A stretch of 64,000 nucleotides of DNA, taken from contig OY759724.1 in assembly GCA_963662715.1 (NCBI GenBank), positions 986,662 through 1,050,661 on the forward strand, read 5' to 3'. Position 1 is the stretch's first letter; each line of letters begins with the position of its first letter. This DNA comes from Candidatus Omnitrophota bacterium. Its GTDB lineage: Bacteria > Omnitrophota > Gorgyraeia > Zapsychrales > JANLHA01. The position numbers and the translations under genes were made by a program. Of the stretch, positions 1 to 9,162 are shown in pieces. The notes beneath the pieces were generated by a model that was not told where the DNA came from, ran no database searches, and saw nothing but the letters and a program-made list of their open reading frames with translations.

Positions 1-1214
1 GGATGGCCGGTAAATTTATGCTGCATGACGGTATAGGCTAACCGGGGAACGACTTTATCAAGCCCGGCCCCTTTCTCCGGAGGCTGAAGAGCCGTCAGCC
101 CGAACCACTCCGGGTTCGTAAATCCGTCCGGGCCGGTATAGAATCCCACGGTATAATTGGTATCATGTTCAGCGGCCGTTGCCGACCATTCCCCCTTATA
201 CTGCCACCAGCTGTCTGTGAAAGGGGAAACAATCCCCCCGATAGCCGGTCCGCCGTAACCGCCCGTATTCTTTAACAAAGTGTCCCATTCCTCGGCGATA
301 AATGACGCCTGCAGGTCCTGCCGCTCCACACCCTTGTGAGGTTTCTGACCGTCTAAAACAAACCAGGCGTCCGAGCCGAACTCGGAGATCAAAAGCGGCT
401 TGGATGAACGGTTGCCGTATAATTCGAAAAAATTACTGAAATTGGGCCCCCGGTAAACATTGCAGCCGTGAATATCGATATAATTCAATTTTTCATCAGA
501 AGCGATCTGTCCGATATCCCCCAAATCGGAAGATATCATCATCACCGGATGATGGGATTCCCCCTCGATCATCTTGACCTGACGGGCCAGATGGTTGATG
601 AAAGCATAATAGGCTTTAGCCTGTTCCACGCGGTCGCACTTGTGCCCTCCCTGGAAATGACAGAGATCCGTTTCATTCTGATAGCCAATGACCCACATGA
701 GCAGCGCCGGATGGTCTTTATAATCCTGAACATACTGCAGAAAATCCTTTTCAACGCCTTTCAAATCGTCTTTGACAAAATCAATGTTATGCTCAAGCCA
801 GTAGCCGGCGATGACCTTAAGCCCGAAATCCTGCGCTTTATCCATGAGCTGCGGGGTGACTTTCCCCCAGGTACGGACCGTATTGGCATTCATCGCTTTG
901 ATATACGGGAAGTCCCGGTCCAGGATGGCCGTGTCTTCGTATTCTTTAATTCCCGGACATTCAAACTGCGGTTTTTCCCCCTCCATGCCTGTATACCGGC
1001 AGATCCCGTATTCGCTGGGGAAAGCCCCGGTAGGGATAGCGTTATACCCCACGCCCTTGACCAAGAAAGGAGTGTATGTCCCGTCCTGATCAAAATCCGT
1101 CATAAGCTGCTGCCCCTGGACTTTAACGGTCTGATAAGCCTGGGATAGACCGGAACACATCAGGATGCCCAAAGTGCAGACAACAGATACCGTCCGTCTG
1201 ATGCTGTGGCTCAT
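1..1214 (-). CDS. Secreted glycoside hydrolase, clan GH-A (GH5/GH72-like TIM barrel). N-terminus present; C-terminus runs off the window start (partial).
   Basis: Reverse-strand ATG at 1214 is preceded by GAGGAGAAAAT. Predicted signal peptide MSHSIRRTVSVVCTLGILMCSG. The reading frame is open to position 1. Motifs are NTVRTW, GYQNE (candidate acid/base Glu) and LISEFG (candidate nucleophile Glu) about 100 aa apart. These are shared with the C-terminal domain of the 21909..24410 protein. The ORF is absent from the supplied track because its stop is outside the window; the plus-strand ORFs at 468..1148 and 811..1089 are antisense artefacts. Confidence 0.7.
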   Translation of the reverse strand, partial: MSHSIRRTVSVVCTLGILMCSGLSQAYQTVKVQGQQLMTDFDQDGTYTPFLVKGVGYNAIPTGAFPSEYGICRYTGMEGEKPQFECPGIKEYEDTAILDRDFPYIKAMNANTVRTWGKVTPQLMDKAQDFGLKVIAGYWLEHNIDFVKDDLKGVEKDFLQYVQDYKDHPALLMWVIGYQNETDLCHFQGGHKCDRVEQAKAYYAFINHLARQVKMIEGESHHPVMMISSDLGDIGQIASDEKLNYIDIHGCNVYRGPNFSNFFELYGNRSSKPLLISEFGSDAWFVLDGQKPHKGVERQDLQASFIAEEWDTLLKNTGGYGGPAIGGIVSPFTDSWWQYKGEWSATAAEHDTNYTVGFYTGPDGFTNPEWFGLTALQPPEKGAGLDKVVPRLAYTVMQHKFTGH

Positions 1215-1262
1215 ATTTTCTCCTCTCATATATTTCAGGAAGAAGGATCTTTTTCCCTGAGG

Positions 1263-2966
1263 TTATTTCTTTCGCCCGTGAAATTCCGGCAAATAAAATC
1301 CTGAAAATTCCATATCACGCCGGAAGGCGCCTGCCTGCACGGCGTCCAGGCGGATCAGTTCCGCCTCTTTTAACCATGAGGCATTCAATTTCACATAAGA
1401 GTTCCCTCCGGCATCTACGGGTTTAAAATCATAACGCTTGACCTTAAAGACAAGCCGGCCGTGCGATACCGGCCAGCCGGCATCAATTCTGGAGGCCGTA
1501 TGCTCGCGCATGTCCAGGAGGAAAGCCTGTCTTTTCCGGGGATGGCTTAAGACATACGTTTGTGTGAAATCCGTATAAGAGTCTTCCCGGTCGAAGGGGG
1601 TTCCGGCCCTGCCGGACTTGGGAGCAAAAGCCATATTCGCCGTCTTCTCGCCGACAATGACTGTGACCCCGGACGGTTTCTCTATAATATCCAGAATCAT
1701 GACGTCGGTCTTGCCGCTTCTGGCGCTCCCCCCTCTCTTTAAAGGCATTTTCAGGCTTAAACGGTATTGATAAACATCAAAGGTCCCCCGCGCCCGGTAT
1801 GTCCCGCTGAGATTCTTATACTGCTCATAATCTGTTTCGGCTAAACGGAACATTTCATAACTGTTTTCCTGCTGCTCATAGGGATTCATAACGATATAAT
1901 CTTTTAACGCATACTGAATCGGGCTCTGCAGGTCCCGGCTGGCGATCGACACCCGCGGATGATTAAAGAACATCGTCGATTCCAGCCGAACATCCTGCCC
2001 GTACACAATATGCGCCTGGGCGGCATCCCGCAGGACGGCGAACTGCCCGAGGGGCAAACCCTGAACATTGATGTTGATGTTCACAATCCTTTCTCTGGAC
2101 AGACGGTTGTTATACTTCATATCCTCGGAAACAGAGACCCGGCTCTTTTCGACCCTAATGTTTGAAGGGCTTTCCCCGGGGATTTCTGAAGGAACCTTCC
2201 GGCCCGGGAAAGAATGTACGGCAACGGTCATCATCACAAGCCCCGCAAAAAGGCCCAGCACAGTCCTTTTTGTCCGGCGCGTTAAGTATTGATGAAGGAT
2301 AAGGATGATGCCGGCGGCGACAACCGAAATGTTCTGCGTGAGACCGGCTTGAGACAATGAAGGGAACAGGGAACGCCCCCAGACGAAATCCGGACGGCTT
2401 CCGGGGAAAAACATGCCGACCAGCAGGCCGGACAAAAAAGGCCAGGCAATAAACAGAGATAATAACAAAAGGATCGTCAGTAAAATAAATTTATGAAACC
2501 GCTCGGTCAAACAGGCTGCAAGAAAAACGGGAACGATAAGCAGACTCTTTTCCAGAAGGATTTCGGGAACAGCCAGCCACAACAAACGGGCAGGAATTCT
2601 GCTGACCGCCAGAACCACAAGCTCAACGGACAGAGGAATGCCGGCAAAAAAACCGAAGACAAGCATGGCTTTGGCAAAAAATAAAGACAGACGGGACACC
2701 GGACGCGTCATCCAGAAAGCGGTCGTGCCTACTGTCGGGTCGGCCTGAACGATCCTGGGGATATAGATAAACATCAAAAGCCCCTGCAGAAAGCACATCC
2801 CCTCCAATAGAAGCGGCAAATAGATGCGGTAGGTGATATGCTGCTTTAGAAGCGTAACACCGAGCAGAGTCAGGCCCTGCACCAGACAGACAACGAGAAC
2901 CCAGGACAAGATGAAAAAGCGGAAACGTTTTAAATCTTTTTTAAAGACGAGAAAAGGATGGGCCAT
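1263..2966 (-). CDS. ABC-2 type transporter permease with a large C-terminal extracytoplasmic domain
   Basis: The N-terminal 230 aa contain about 6 hydrophobic helices, followed by roughly 330 aa of soluble domain. It sits 9 nt downstream of the ABC ATPase gene on the same strand. Confidence 0.7.
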   Translation of the reverse strand: MAHPFLVFKKDLKRFRFFILSWVLVVCLVQGLTLLGVTLLKQHITYRIYLPLLLEGMCFLQGLLMFIYIPRIVQADPTVGTTAFWMTRPVSRLSLFFAKAMLVFGFFAGIPLSVELVVLAVSRIPARLLWLAVPEILLEKSLLIVPVFLAACLTERFHKFILLTILLLLSLFIAWPFLSGLLVGMFFPGSRPDFVWGRSLFPSLSQAGLTQNISVVAAGIILILHQYLTRRTKRTVLGLFAGLVMMTVAVHSFPGRKVPSEIPGESPSNIRVEKSRVSVSEDMKYNNRLSRERIVNININVQGLPLGQFAVLRDAAQAHIVYGQDVRLESTMFFNHPRVSIASRDLQSPIQYALKDYIVMNPYEQQENSYEMFRLAETDYEQYKNLSGTYRARGTFDVYQYRLSLKMPLKRGGSARSGKTDVMILDIIEKPSGVTVIVGEKTANMAFAPKSGRAGTPFDREDSYTDFTQTYVLSHPRKRQAFLLDMREHTASRIDAGWPVSHGRLVFKVKRYDFKPVDAGGNSYVKLNASWLKEAELIRLDAVQAGAFRRDMEFSGFYLPEFHGRKK

Positions 2967-2975
2967 AAGAATCTC

Positions 2976-3884
2976 CTAAATATTTAACATCTTCAATTGC
3001 CTGGCTTGTATAAGAAAAATCTCCTTCAGCGACATTCCCTGAACATCGATGTGGGAGACAGACATCAGCTGTTTTCTGTACTGTTTCAGACTTTGCTTTT
3101 CCTCAAAAGCCGTATCCACGAAGCAGATAAAACGTCCCTCCCGCTGCGGGAGAAGCCATTCATCCGGATAATAGACATCTCCGCTCGGGTCTTGTTTTAA
3201 CGTGACTGTTACGCGCTTGAAACGCTGCTGTAGAGATTCGGTCGTTTCGCTGAGCTTTAACTCTCCCTGATGAAGGAAACCGACCCAGTCGGCCAAACGC
3301 TCCACTTCCTCTATATCATGAGAGGAGATAAAAATGGTCCAGTCATCAGCCGCGGTCAGCTCCATGATCCCGTCCATAAGATCCTTGCGCGCGACCGGGT
3401 CCAGCCCGCTGAAAGGCTCATCAAGGATCAGTAATTTCGGCCGGTAGGCTAGGGAGGCAATCAGGGCCGCTTTCATTTTCATGCCCCGGGAAAGCGTGTC
3501 TATCCGGCCTTGCCGGGGAAGGTCAAATTGTTTCACCAGCCCCTGACAAAAAGCATGATCCCATTGCGGATACATCGACGAACAATAATTCATGAGTTCA
3601 TCAACCGTCATGTCCTCCGGCAAAGCCTGATTTTCCGACACATAGCCGATCTGCCGGAATTCTTTGGGGCCGAGAGACCTGGAATCAAGGTCCCAAATGC
3701 GCGCCTGGCCTTTCGTCGGCGGCAGGATATTGACAAGGGTTTTAATGGTTGTGGTTTTTCCGGCGCCGTTGGGCCCCAGGTAAGCATAAATACTGCCGGC
3801 CGGGACTTTTAAGTTGAGTTGATTTAAAGCCACTGTCCTTCCGAACTTTTTTGTTAAATCCCTGGTTTCAATGACGTATTTCAT
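2976..3884 (-). CDS. ABC transporter ATP-binding protein
   Basis: Walker A GPNGAGKTT, ABC signature LSRGMKMK and Walker B LILDEP. Start refined to ATG at 3884 (MKYVIETRDL), which forms an ATGA overlap with the GntR stop. The track ORF extends to 3920. Confidence 0.85.
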   Translation of the reverse strand: MKYVIETRDLTKKFGRTVALNQLNLKVPAGSIYAYLGPNGAGKTTTIKTLVNILPPTKGQARIWDLDSRSLGPKEFRQIGYVSENQALPEDMTVDELMNYCSSMYPQWDHAFCQGLVKQFDLPRQGRIDTLSRGMKMKAALIASLAYRPKLLILDEPFSGLDPVARKDLMDGIMELTAADDWTIFISSHDIEEVERLADWVGFLHQGELKLSETTESLQQRFKRVTVTLKQDPSGDVYYPDEWLLPQREGRFICFVDTAFEEKQSLKQYRKQLMSVSHIDVQGMSLKEIFLIQARQLKMLNI

Positions 3885-4282
3885 TTGTTTTCTTTCTTTT
3901 GATGGATATTCCATTGCCACTGGACCGCCTCCAGCAATTCTTTTTTGGATATTGAAAGACGTTTCGCTTCAATGACCAGACGTTCCACCTCATTGTGCAG
4001 CACCTCTTTGCGCTGTTCCTGATTGGCCAGGCTTAATTCCGAGACAACACTGCCGATGCCTGGTTTAATCTGCAGAAGCCGTTCGTTGACCAGATGCGTT
4101 ACGACTTTCTGGGCCGTATTGGGATTGATACGCAGTTCCCGGCTCATTTCCCGTACAGAAGGGAACCGGTCCCCGGCTCTCAAACGTCCGGAGACGATGG
4201 ATTTCTTTACGGCATAAATAACCTGTTCATAAATCGGAACACCGGCTTTGAATGTTACGTTAAAATTAATCATCGGGCCCAA
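3881..4282 (-). CDS. GntR-family transcriptional regulator, short YtrA-like subfamily
   Basis: The 133-aa product has an N-terminal winged-HTH (RFPSVREMSRELRINPNTAQKVVTHLVNERLL). It is translationally coupled to the ABC ATPase and permease, which is the typical YtrA arrangement. Confidence 0.8.
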   Translation of the reverse strand: MGPMINFNVTFKAGVPIYEQVIYAVKKSIVSGRLRAGDRFPSVREMSRELRINPNTAQKVVTHLVNERLLQIKPGIGSVVSELSLANQEQRKEVLHNEVERLVIEAKRLSISKKELLEAVQWQWNIHQKKENK

Positions 4283-4318
4283 ATCTATTTAAATGTTCAT
4301 CGGCTTAGTGATCTAACT

Positions 4319-4337
4319 GTATTATGCTACATAGTAC
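4319..4337. promoter_or_regulatory. Candidate GntR/YtrA operator (imperfect palindrome GTATTATGC-T-ACATAGTAC)
   Basis: A 19-bp inverted repeat lies 37-55 nt upstream of the GntR start codon, in the only intergenic gap of the operon. Confidence 0.25.
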
Positions 4338-4400
4338 ACCAAATGTCAAGGGCAAAGACTCTCTTTTTTTGATCGTGGGGAAAAAATGCCGGGAATATCA

Positions 4401-4450
4401 CAAAAAACAGGCTTTTCCGGGGGGATTGACCTGCCGGTTCCCCGGAAAAG
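4401..4450 (-). terminator. Rho-independent terminator downstream of leuS
   Basis: An 11-bp inverted repeat, CTTTTCCGGGG...CCCCGGAAAAG, is followed on the minus strand by a T-run (plus-strand AAAAAAC at 4402-4408). Confidence 0.5.
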
Positions 4451-4482
4451 GGAAGAGAAGAAGAGCTGCGGGGGAGAAAACC

Positions 4483-6963
4483 TTATACAACAATGTTAAT
4501 AAGCTTCTCGGGAACGACAATGAATTTTTTGACCGGCTTGCCCGCTAAATGACGCTGAATGGTTTCATCAGCCAGAACCATGTCTTTGAGTTCATCTTCC
4601 GGCATATCGGCCGGCACTTCAAACTTGGCGCGCAGCTTGCCGTTGATCTGCGCAACCATTAAAATAACATCCTTTATCAATGAGCCTTCTTCATAAGAGG
4701 GCCAAGGCACCCGGCTGACGCTTTCCTCCGCACCGTTCATCTTTTGCCACAATTCTTCACAGATATGCGGAGTGAGCGGGGCCAGCATTAAGACAGTTGT
4801 CTCAATGGCTTTATTCAAGACAGCCTGGCGTACCGGCTGATCCTCAACGGAAAATTTTTCCATCCGGTTCATAAGAATCATAATCTGACTGATCGCCGTA
4901 TTAAATTTAAAACCCTGACTGATGTCCTCGGAGATCTTCTTAATGGAAAAGTTCCTTTCCTGCTCCAGCTCTTTCGCGTCTCCCGGAAGAGCGGCAAAAG
5001 AATACTGTTCATCGACAGGGTGATGCTTATTATGCACGATATTCCACACCCGGCTCAAGAACTTCCACGACCCGTCAATAGCATGGTCGTTCCATTCCAG
5101 CTGGTCTTCCGGGGGGGCGGCGAAAAGGATGAACAGCCGGAGGGTGTCCGCGCCGTACTTGGCGATAACGGCATCCGGATCCACGGTGTTCCCCCTGGAT
5201 TTAGACATAACCTCCCCGTCTTTCAAAACCATGCCCTGCGTTAATAAACGGTCAAAAGGCTCATCAAAAGAAATCCACCCCAAATCCTTCAGAAACTTGG
5301 TAAAAAAACGCGAATACAATAAATGCAGGATGGCATGCTCAATGCCCCCGATATACTGATCCACCGGCATCCAGTAGGCGGCGTCTTCTTTATCAAAGAC
5401 CCGGCCGGTGTCCCGGGGAGAGATATAGCGCAAATAATACCATGATGAATCAAAAAAGGTGGCCATCGTATCCGTTTCCCTCCGGGCATCCTGACCGCAC
5501 TGAGGACAGGAAACGCGCACAAACCCCGCGCTCTGGCTTAAAGGACTCCCCCCCTCCCCGGTAAACTGCACATCCTCTGGGAGTTCCACCGGAAGCTGGT
5601 CTTCCGGAACCGGGACGATCCCGCAGGACGGGCAATAGATAACGGGAATCGGGGTCCCCCAATACCGCTGGCGGGAAATCAGCCAGTCGCGCAGACGCCA
5701 ATAGACCGTGATCCGCCCCATCCCTTCCTTTTCCATCCACTGGGCGATCTTGGATTTTCCCTCCTCATTCGTCATCCCGTCGAACTGGGCTGAATGAACC
5801 TGCACGCCCTCCTCCTCATACGCTTCTGTCATATCTTCGACCCGCAGGTCCGGTCTTTCGGGATCCTGAATAACGATCCTCATCGGTAAAGCATGTTCTC
5901 TGGCAAATAAAAAGTCTCTTTGATCATGAGTCGGGACCGCCATAATCGCGCCTGTCCCGTAGTCCATCAGGACATAGTCAGCAACCCAGACCGGGATCTT
6001 TTCCTGGTTCACCGGGTTCACGGCATACTGGCCGGTAAAAACACCTTCTTTCCTTAAATCCCCTGACATGCGCATGCTCTTGCTCATCTGTCCGGCTTTC
6101 TCGACAAATTCCAGGATATCCTTCTCCCTGTCCGTACCGGCCACCAGGGACTTCACGAGCGGATGTTCCGGGGCCAGGACGACATAAGTCGCCCCGAAAA
6201 TCGTATCCGGCCGTGTGGTGAAAACAGGCAGCCGTTCCCCGGTCTTCACCATTTGGAAATAAATCTCAACACCGTAACTTTTTCCTATCCAGTTCTCCTG
6301 CATAGCCAAAACCCTGGAAGGCCACTGGTTGAGCTTCTGCAAGTCTTCCAGCAGGGCCTCAGAGTAATGGGTGATCTTTAAATACCATTGTTCCAGATCT
6401 TTTTGTATAACATTATTCTTGCACCGCCAGCACTGGCCTTGAATAACTTCTTCGTTCGCCAGCGTCGTTTCACAGCTGGGGCACCAGTTCACGGAAGATG
6501 CTTTCTTGTAAGCCAGGCCCTTCTCCAGCATTTTCAAAAAAATCCATTGGTTCCACCGGTAATATTCTTTATCGCATGTGGCCAATTCCCGGTCCCAATC
6601 ATAGGAGAACCCCATCCTTTTTAAATTGGTCCTCATCTGGTCTATACACCGGTACGTCCATTCCGCCGGATGGCTTTTGTGTTTAATCGCGGCATTTTCC
6701 GCCGGCTGGCCAAAAGCATCATAGCCCATGGGATGAAGCACATTATATCCCTGCATCAGCTTAAACCGGGCGATCACGTCAGCGATCGTATAATTGCGGA
6801 CATGTCCCATGTGAATTTTTCCGGACGGATAAGGGAACATTTCCAGGCAATAGAATTTGGGGCGGTCCTTCTCCTCCCCTGTTTTAAAGACCTGCTTCTG
6901 CTCCCAGGCCTTCTGCCATTTCTTTTCGATACGCTCTATTTCTTTAGTGTTATACGGATTCAT
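4483..6963 (-). CDS. leuS: Leucine--tRNA ligase
   Basis: Class I HIGH motif (HMGHVRNY) and a KMSKS-like motif VMSKS, with full-length bacterial LeuRS architecture. Start refined to MNPYNTKEIE at 6963 with RBS GGGAGAGG. The track ORF starts at 7014. Confidence 0.95.
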   Translation of the reverse strand: MNPYNTKEIERIEKKWQKAWEQKQVFKTGEEKDRPKFYCLEMFPYPSGKIHMGHVRNYTIADVIARFKLMQGYNVLHPMGYDAFGQPAENAAIKHKSHPAEWTYRCIDQMRTNLKRMGFSYDWDRELATCDKEYYRWNQWIFLKMLEKGLAYKKASSVNWCPSCETTLANEEVIQGQCWRCKNNVIQKDLEQWYLKITHYSEALLEDLQKLNQWPSRVLAMQENWIGKSYGVEIYFQMVKTGERLPVFTTRPDTIFGATYVVLAPEHPLVKSLVAGTDREKDILEFVEKAGQMSKSMRMSGDLRKEGVFTGQYAVNPVNQEKIPVWVADYVLMDYGTGAIMAVPTHDQRDFLFAREHALPMRIVIQDPERPDLRVEDMTEAYEEEGVQVHSAQFDGMTNEEGKSKIAQWMEKEGMGRITVYWRLRDWLISRQRYWGTPIPVIYCPSCGIVPVPEDQLPVELPEDVQFTGEGGSPLSQSAGFVRVSCPQCGQDARRETDTMATFFDSSWYYLRYISPRDTGRVFDKEDAAYWMPVDQYIGGIEHAILHLLYSRFFTKFLKDLGWISFDEPFDRLLTQGMVLKDGEVMSKSRGNTVDPDAVIAKYGADTLRLFILFAAPPEDQLEWNDHAIDGSWKFLSRVWNIVHNKHHPVDEQYSFAALPGDAKELEQERNFSIKKISEDISQGFKFNTAISQIMILMNRMEKFSVEDQPVRQAVLNKAIETTVLMLAPLTPHICEELWQKMNGAEESVSRVPWPSYEEGSLIKDVILMVAQINGKLRAKFEVPADMPEDELKDMVLADETIQRHLAGKPVKKFIVVPEKLINIVV

Positions 6964-7050
6964 CAGTTTAACCTCTCCCAATAAAAATGAGGGAATCTCC
7001 TTAAGCCTGGCCATTCCCCCTCGATTACCTTCTGCTGTTTTCTTTAAAAA

Positions 7051-7473
7051 CTATTTATGATAATCTACACCCCTGTGAATGTATTGCTTATCCATGCGGC
7101 GGGGTGAAAAAAATTCCCGGCAAAAATTCTCGGCACATTCAACATCAAACTTTTTACAGCAGTAAATATCAACGGAAATAAAATTCTTTTTGGACAACGT
7201 GTGAATAACAATCGAACTCTCAATCAACGGAACCCATCCTGACAACCCGGCTTTATCCGGGAACCGCGTCGCATCACTTCTGAAAAGATTCGGAGGCGCC
7301 TGCTTTTCCATGCCCAAGGCGTCAACCAGTTCATCCAAAAAGCGGTAGTTCAGGGACAGGTCATCACAGGTTTCAGCCCGGCAATCATAAAGGTCTAAAA
7401 GCAATTGATAACCAAAGGCTCCGGGGGAAACGTCAAGAACTTCTGGCTGCTTCTTTAAATCAACTTGGTTCAT
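7051..7473 (-). CDS. speH: S-adenosylmethionine decarboxylase proenzyme (class 1b, SpeH/SpeD-like)
   Basis: The 140-aa product has GYQLLLDLYDC and LIESSIVIHT (pyruvoyl-forming Ser) motifs. Confidence 0.85.
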   Translation of the reverse strand: MNQVDLKKQPEVLDVSPGAFGYQLLLDLYDCRAETCDDLSLNYRFLDELVDALGMEKQAPPNLFRSDATRFPDKAGLSGWVPLIESSIVIHTLSKKNFISVDIYCCKKFDVECAENFCREFFSPRRMDKQYIHRGVDYHK

Positions 7474-7557
7474 TCTCTCTCCCTGAATAAGCCGAACATC
7501 ACTCTTTTTACCATAAAATATATAAAATTCCTACTAATTTATCCTGCCACCTCCAGC

Positions 7558-7758
7558 TTAACGTCCCCAAAGCAGGGTGATCAGCAAAAAGGCCGAAATA
7601 ACGATTGTAATAATAACGGCCCTGGCGGACCATCGGTATTTCATCTTCCCGAAGATTCCGTCCCCCGCCCGGTGTAAACTTTCTCCACAAAAATGACACA
7701 ACAGGGCATCGTCATCATAAATGGGGTTATGGCAATGAGGACAAATATAATCGGGCAT
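7558..7758 (-). CDS. Small zinc-ribbon membrane protein (C-x2-C ... C-x2-C plus one TM helix)
   Basis: The 66-aa product contains CPHCHNP and CHFCGES motifs followed by a hydrophobic helix. It lies upstream of speH on the same strand. Confidence 0.45.
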   Translation of the reverse strand: MPDYICPHCHNPIYDDDALLCHFCGESLHRAGDGIFGKMKYRWSARAVIITIVISAFLLITLLWGR

Positions 7759-8013
7759 ACCTTAAAATTCTTACCGACCCTGACCACTTCACCGCTCGAT
7801 CCAGCGTCTTGAGCACGAATAAATTATCCGAAGAATAACAACTTTTTTAGAATTATCTCACTACTTATTCATGAAGTCAAAAATTAATACATATTTTTCT
7901 AATAACTTTTTTTTCAAATAATAAAGAGTAAGTAATACTAAAATTAATAAAAATTTAAATATTAAACAAATTCCCGGCTTTTCTGATTTCCTGCTGCCGT
8001 TCTTTTTATCTAT

Positions 8014-8042
8014 TTGCAAATTTAGAAAAAGTATTCTAAAAT
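8014..8042 (+). promoter_or_regulatory. Sigma70-like promoter for the thi operon (TTGCAA-17-TAAAAT)
   Basis: The -35 TTGCAA sits at 8014-8019 and the -10 TAAAAT at 8037-8042, separated by a 17-nt spacer. Only about 30 nt separate the predicted TSS from the thiS start. Confidence 0.35.
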
Positions 8043-8077
8043 GACTCGTCACGGAAAATAAAAAAAGGAATAAAGAA

Positions 8078-8278
8078 TTGAAAATAGCCATTAACGGAAA
8101 GACACATGAATTCCCGGGACCGTTAAAGCTGCAGGCCCTCATCCAGCAGGTCTGCCAAGGACAACGGCATGTCATTGCCGAATTAAATGAAAAGATCGTT
8201 AAACAGGAGCAGTGGGACACTGTCAACGTATGCGAAGGAGACCGGATCGAACTGGTCAGTTTTGTGGGTGGAGGATAA
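8078..8278 (+). CDS. thiS: Sulfur carrier protein ThiS
   Basis: The 66-aa product ends in GG. It has a TTG start with upstream AAAGGAATAAAG and sits immediately before thiG. Confidence 0.8.
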   Translation: MKIAINGKTHEFPGPLKLQALIQQVCQGQRHVIAELNEKIVKQEQWDTVNVCEGDRIELVSFVGGG

Positions 8279-8287
8279 CATCATTTC

Positions 8288-9112
8288 ATGACAGATATGA
8301 AAACCGAAAAAATTCCAAATTCAGCCGAACCGGGAAAGAATGCTGATCCTTTTCTGATCGCCGGCCAAGAATTCACCAACCGTTTCTTGCTCGGCACAGG
8401 GAAGTTCAAGAACAAAACGGATGTCAGCGAAAGCATCGCCGCTTCCGGGACGCAAATTGTCACCGTCGCCTTAAGGCGCATTGATCTGCAACGGCATGAA
8501 GACAACATTCTGGAATACATCCCCTCAAACGTCACCCTGCTCACAAACACCTCCGGGGCCAGGAATGCCCAGGAGGCGGTCCGTATTGCCCGGCTGGCAC
8601 GCGAGGCCGGGTATGGGAATTGGATAAAGATCGAAGTCATCAATGACAGCAAATACCTTTTGCCCGACAATGCGGAAACTGTCAAAGCCACCGAAATCCT
8701 GGCGCAGGAAGGATTCGTCGTCCTGCCGTATATCCTGCCTGATCTGAATATCGCCCGGGCCTTACAGAAAGCCGGAGCAGCCACGGTGATGCCGTTAGGG
8801 TCCCTCATCGGCAGCAATCAAGGAATCCGAGTTAAAGACCTAGTCCGGATCCTTATTGAAGAGATGGATATCCCGGTCATCGTTGACGCCGGCATCGGGG
8901 CGCCGTCACAGGCCTGCGAAGCCATGGAAATGGGAGCCGCCGCCGTACTGGTCAATACGGCCGTAGCCACCGCCGGGAATCCTGCCCGTTTAGCTAAAGC
9001 TTTTTCTTTAGCCGTTAAGGCGGGCCGCCGGGCTTATTTGAGTCAGCCGCCGGCTCCGAGAGGTTTAGCCGAAGCGTCCTCTCCCCTGACAGGCTTTCTC
9101 TATGATGCCTGA
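8288..9112 (+). CDS. thiG: Thiazole synthase
   Basis: ThiG TIM-barrel motifs are present (FLLGTGKF, IKIEVI, PLGSLIGS). Confidence 0.95.
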   Translation: MTDMKTEKIPNSAEPGKNADPFLIAGQEFTNRFLLGTGKFKNKTDVSESIAASGTQIVTVALRRIDLQRHEDNILEYIPSNVTLLTNTSGARNAQEAVRIARLAREAGYGNWIKIEVINDSKYLLPDNAETVKATEILAQEGFVVLPYILPDLNIARALQKAGAATVMPLGSLIGSNQGIRVKDLVRILIEEMDIPVIVDAGIGAPSQACEAMEMGAAAVLVNTAVATAGNPARLAKAFSLAVKAGRRAYLSQPPAPRGLAEASSPLTGFLYDA

Positions 9113-9162
9113 GACGGCTGTCCTCAGACAAAAATATCCGCCAACGATCATGGATTAAAACT

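Noticed and set aside
468-1148. Plus-strand ORFs 468..1148 (226 aa) and 811..1089 in the track
   Set aside because: They are the antisense frames of the well-supported minus-strand secreted GH-A hydrolase gene (1..1214). They have no RBS or recognisable motifs.
7759-8077. Possible TPP riboswitch upstream of thiS (segment ACCCTGACC...GATCCAGCGTCTTGAGCAC at about 7780-7830 partly resembles the THI-box P4/P5)
   Set aside because: It lacks the CTGAGA core and the AGGGA closing. It lies over 250 nt from thiS, upstream of the predicted promoter and adjacent to a divergent gene start. Only a covariance-model scan could settle it.
7861-8226. 121-aa minus-strand ORF in the AT-rich thiS upstream region
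   Set aside because: It lies in a low-complexity AT-rich intergenic region and overlaps the thiS start and promoter. Its composition is driven by A/T runs and it has no RBS.
8281-8817. 178-aa minus-strand ORF overlapping thiG
   Set aside because: It is antisense to a strongly supported thiG gene.
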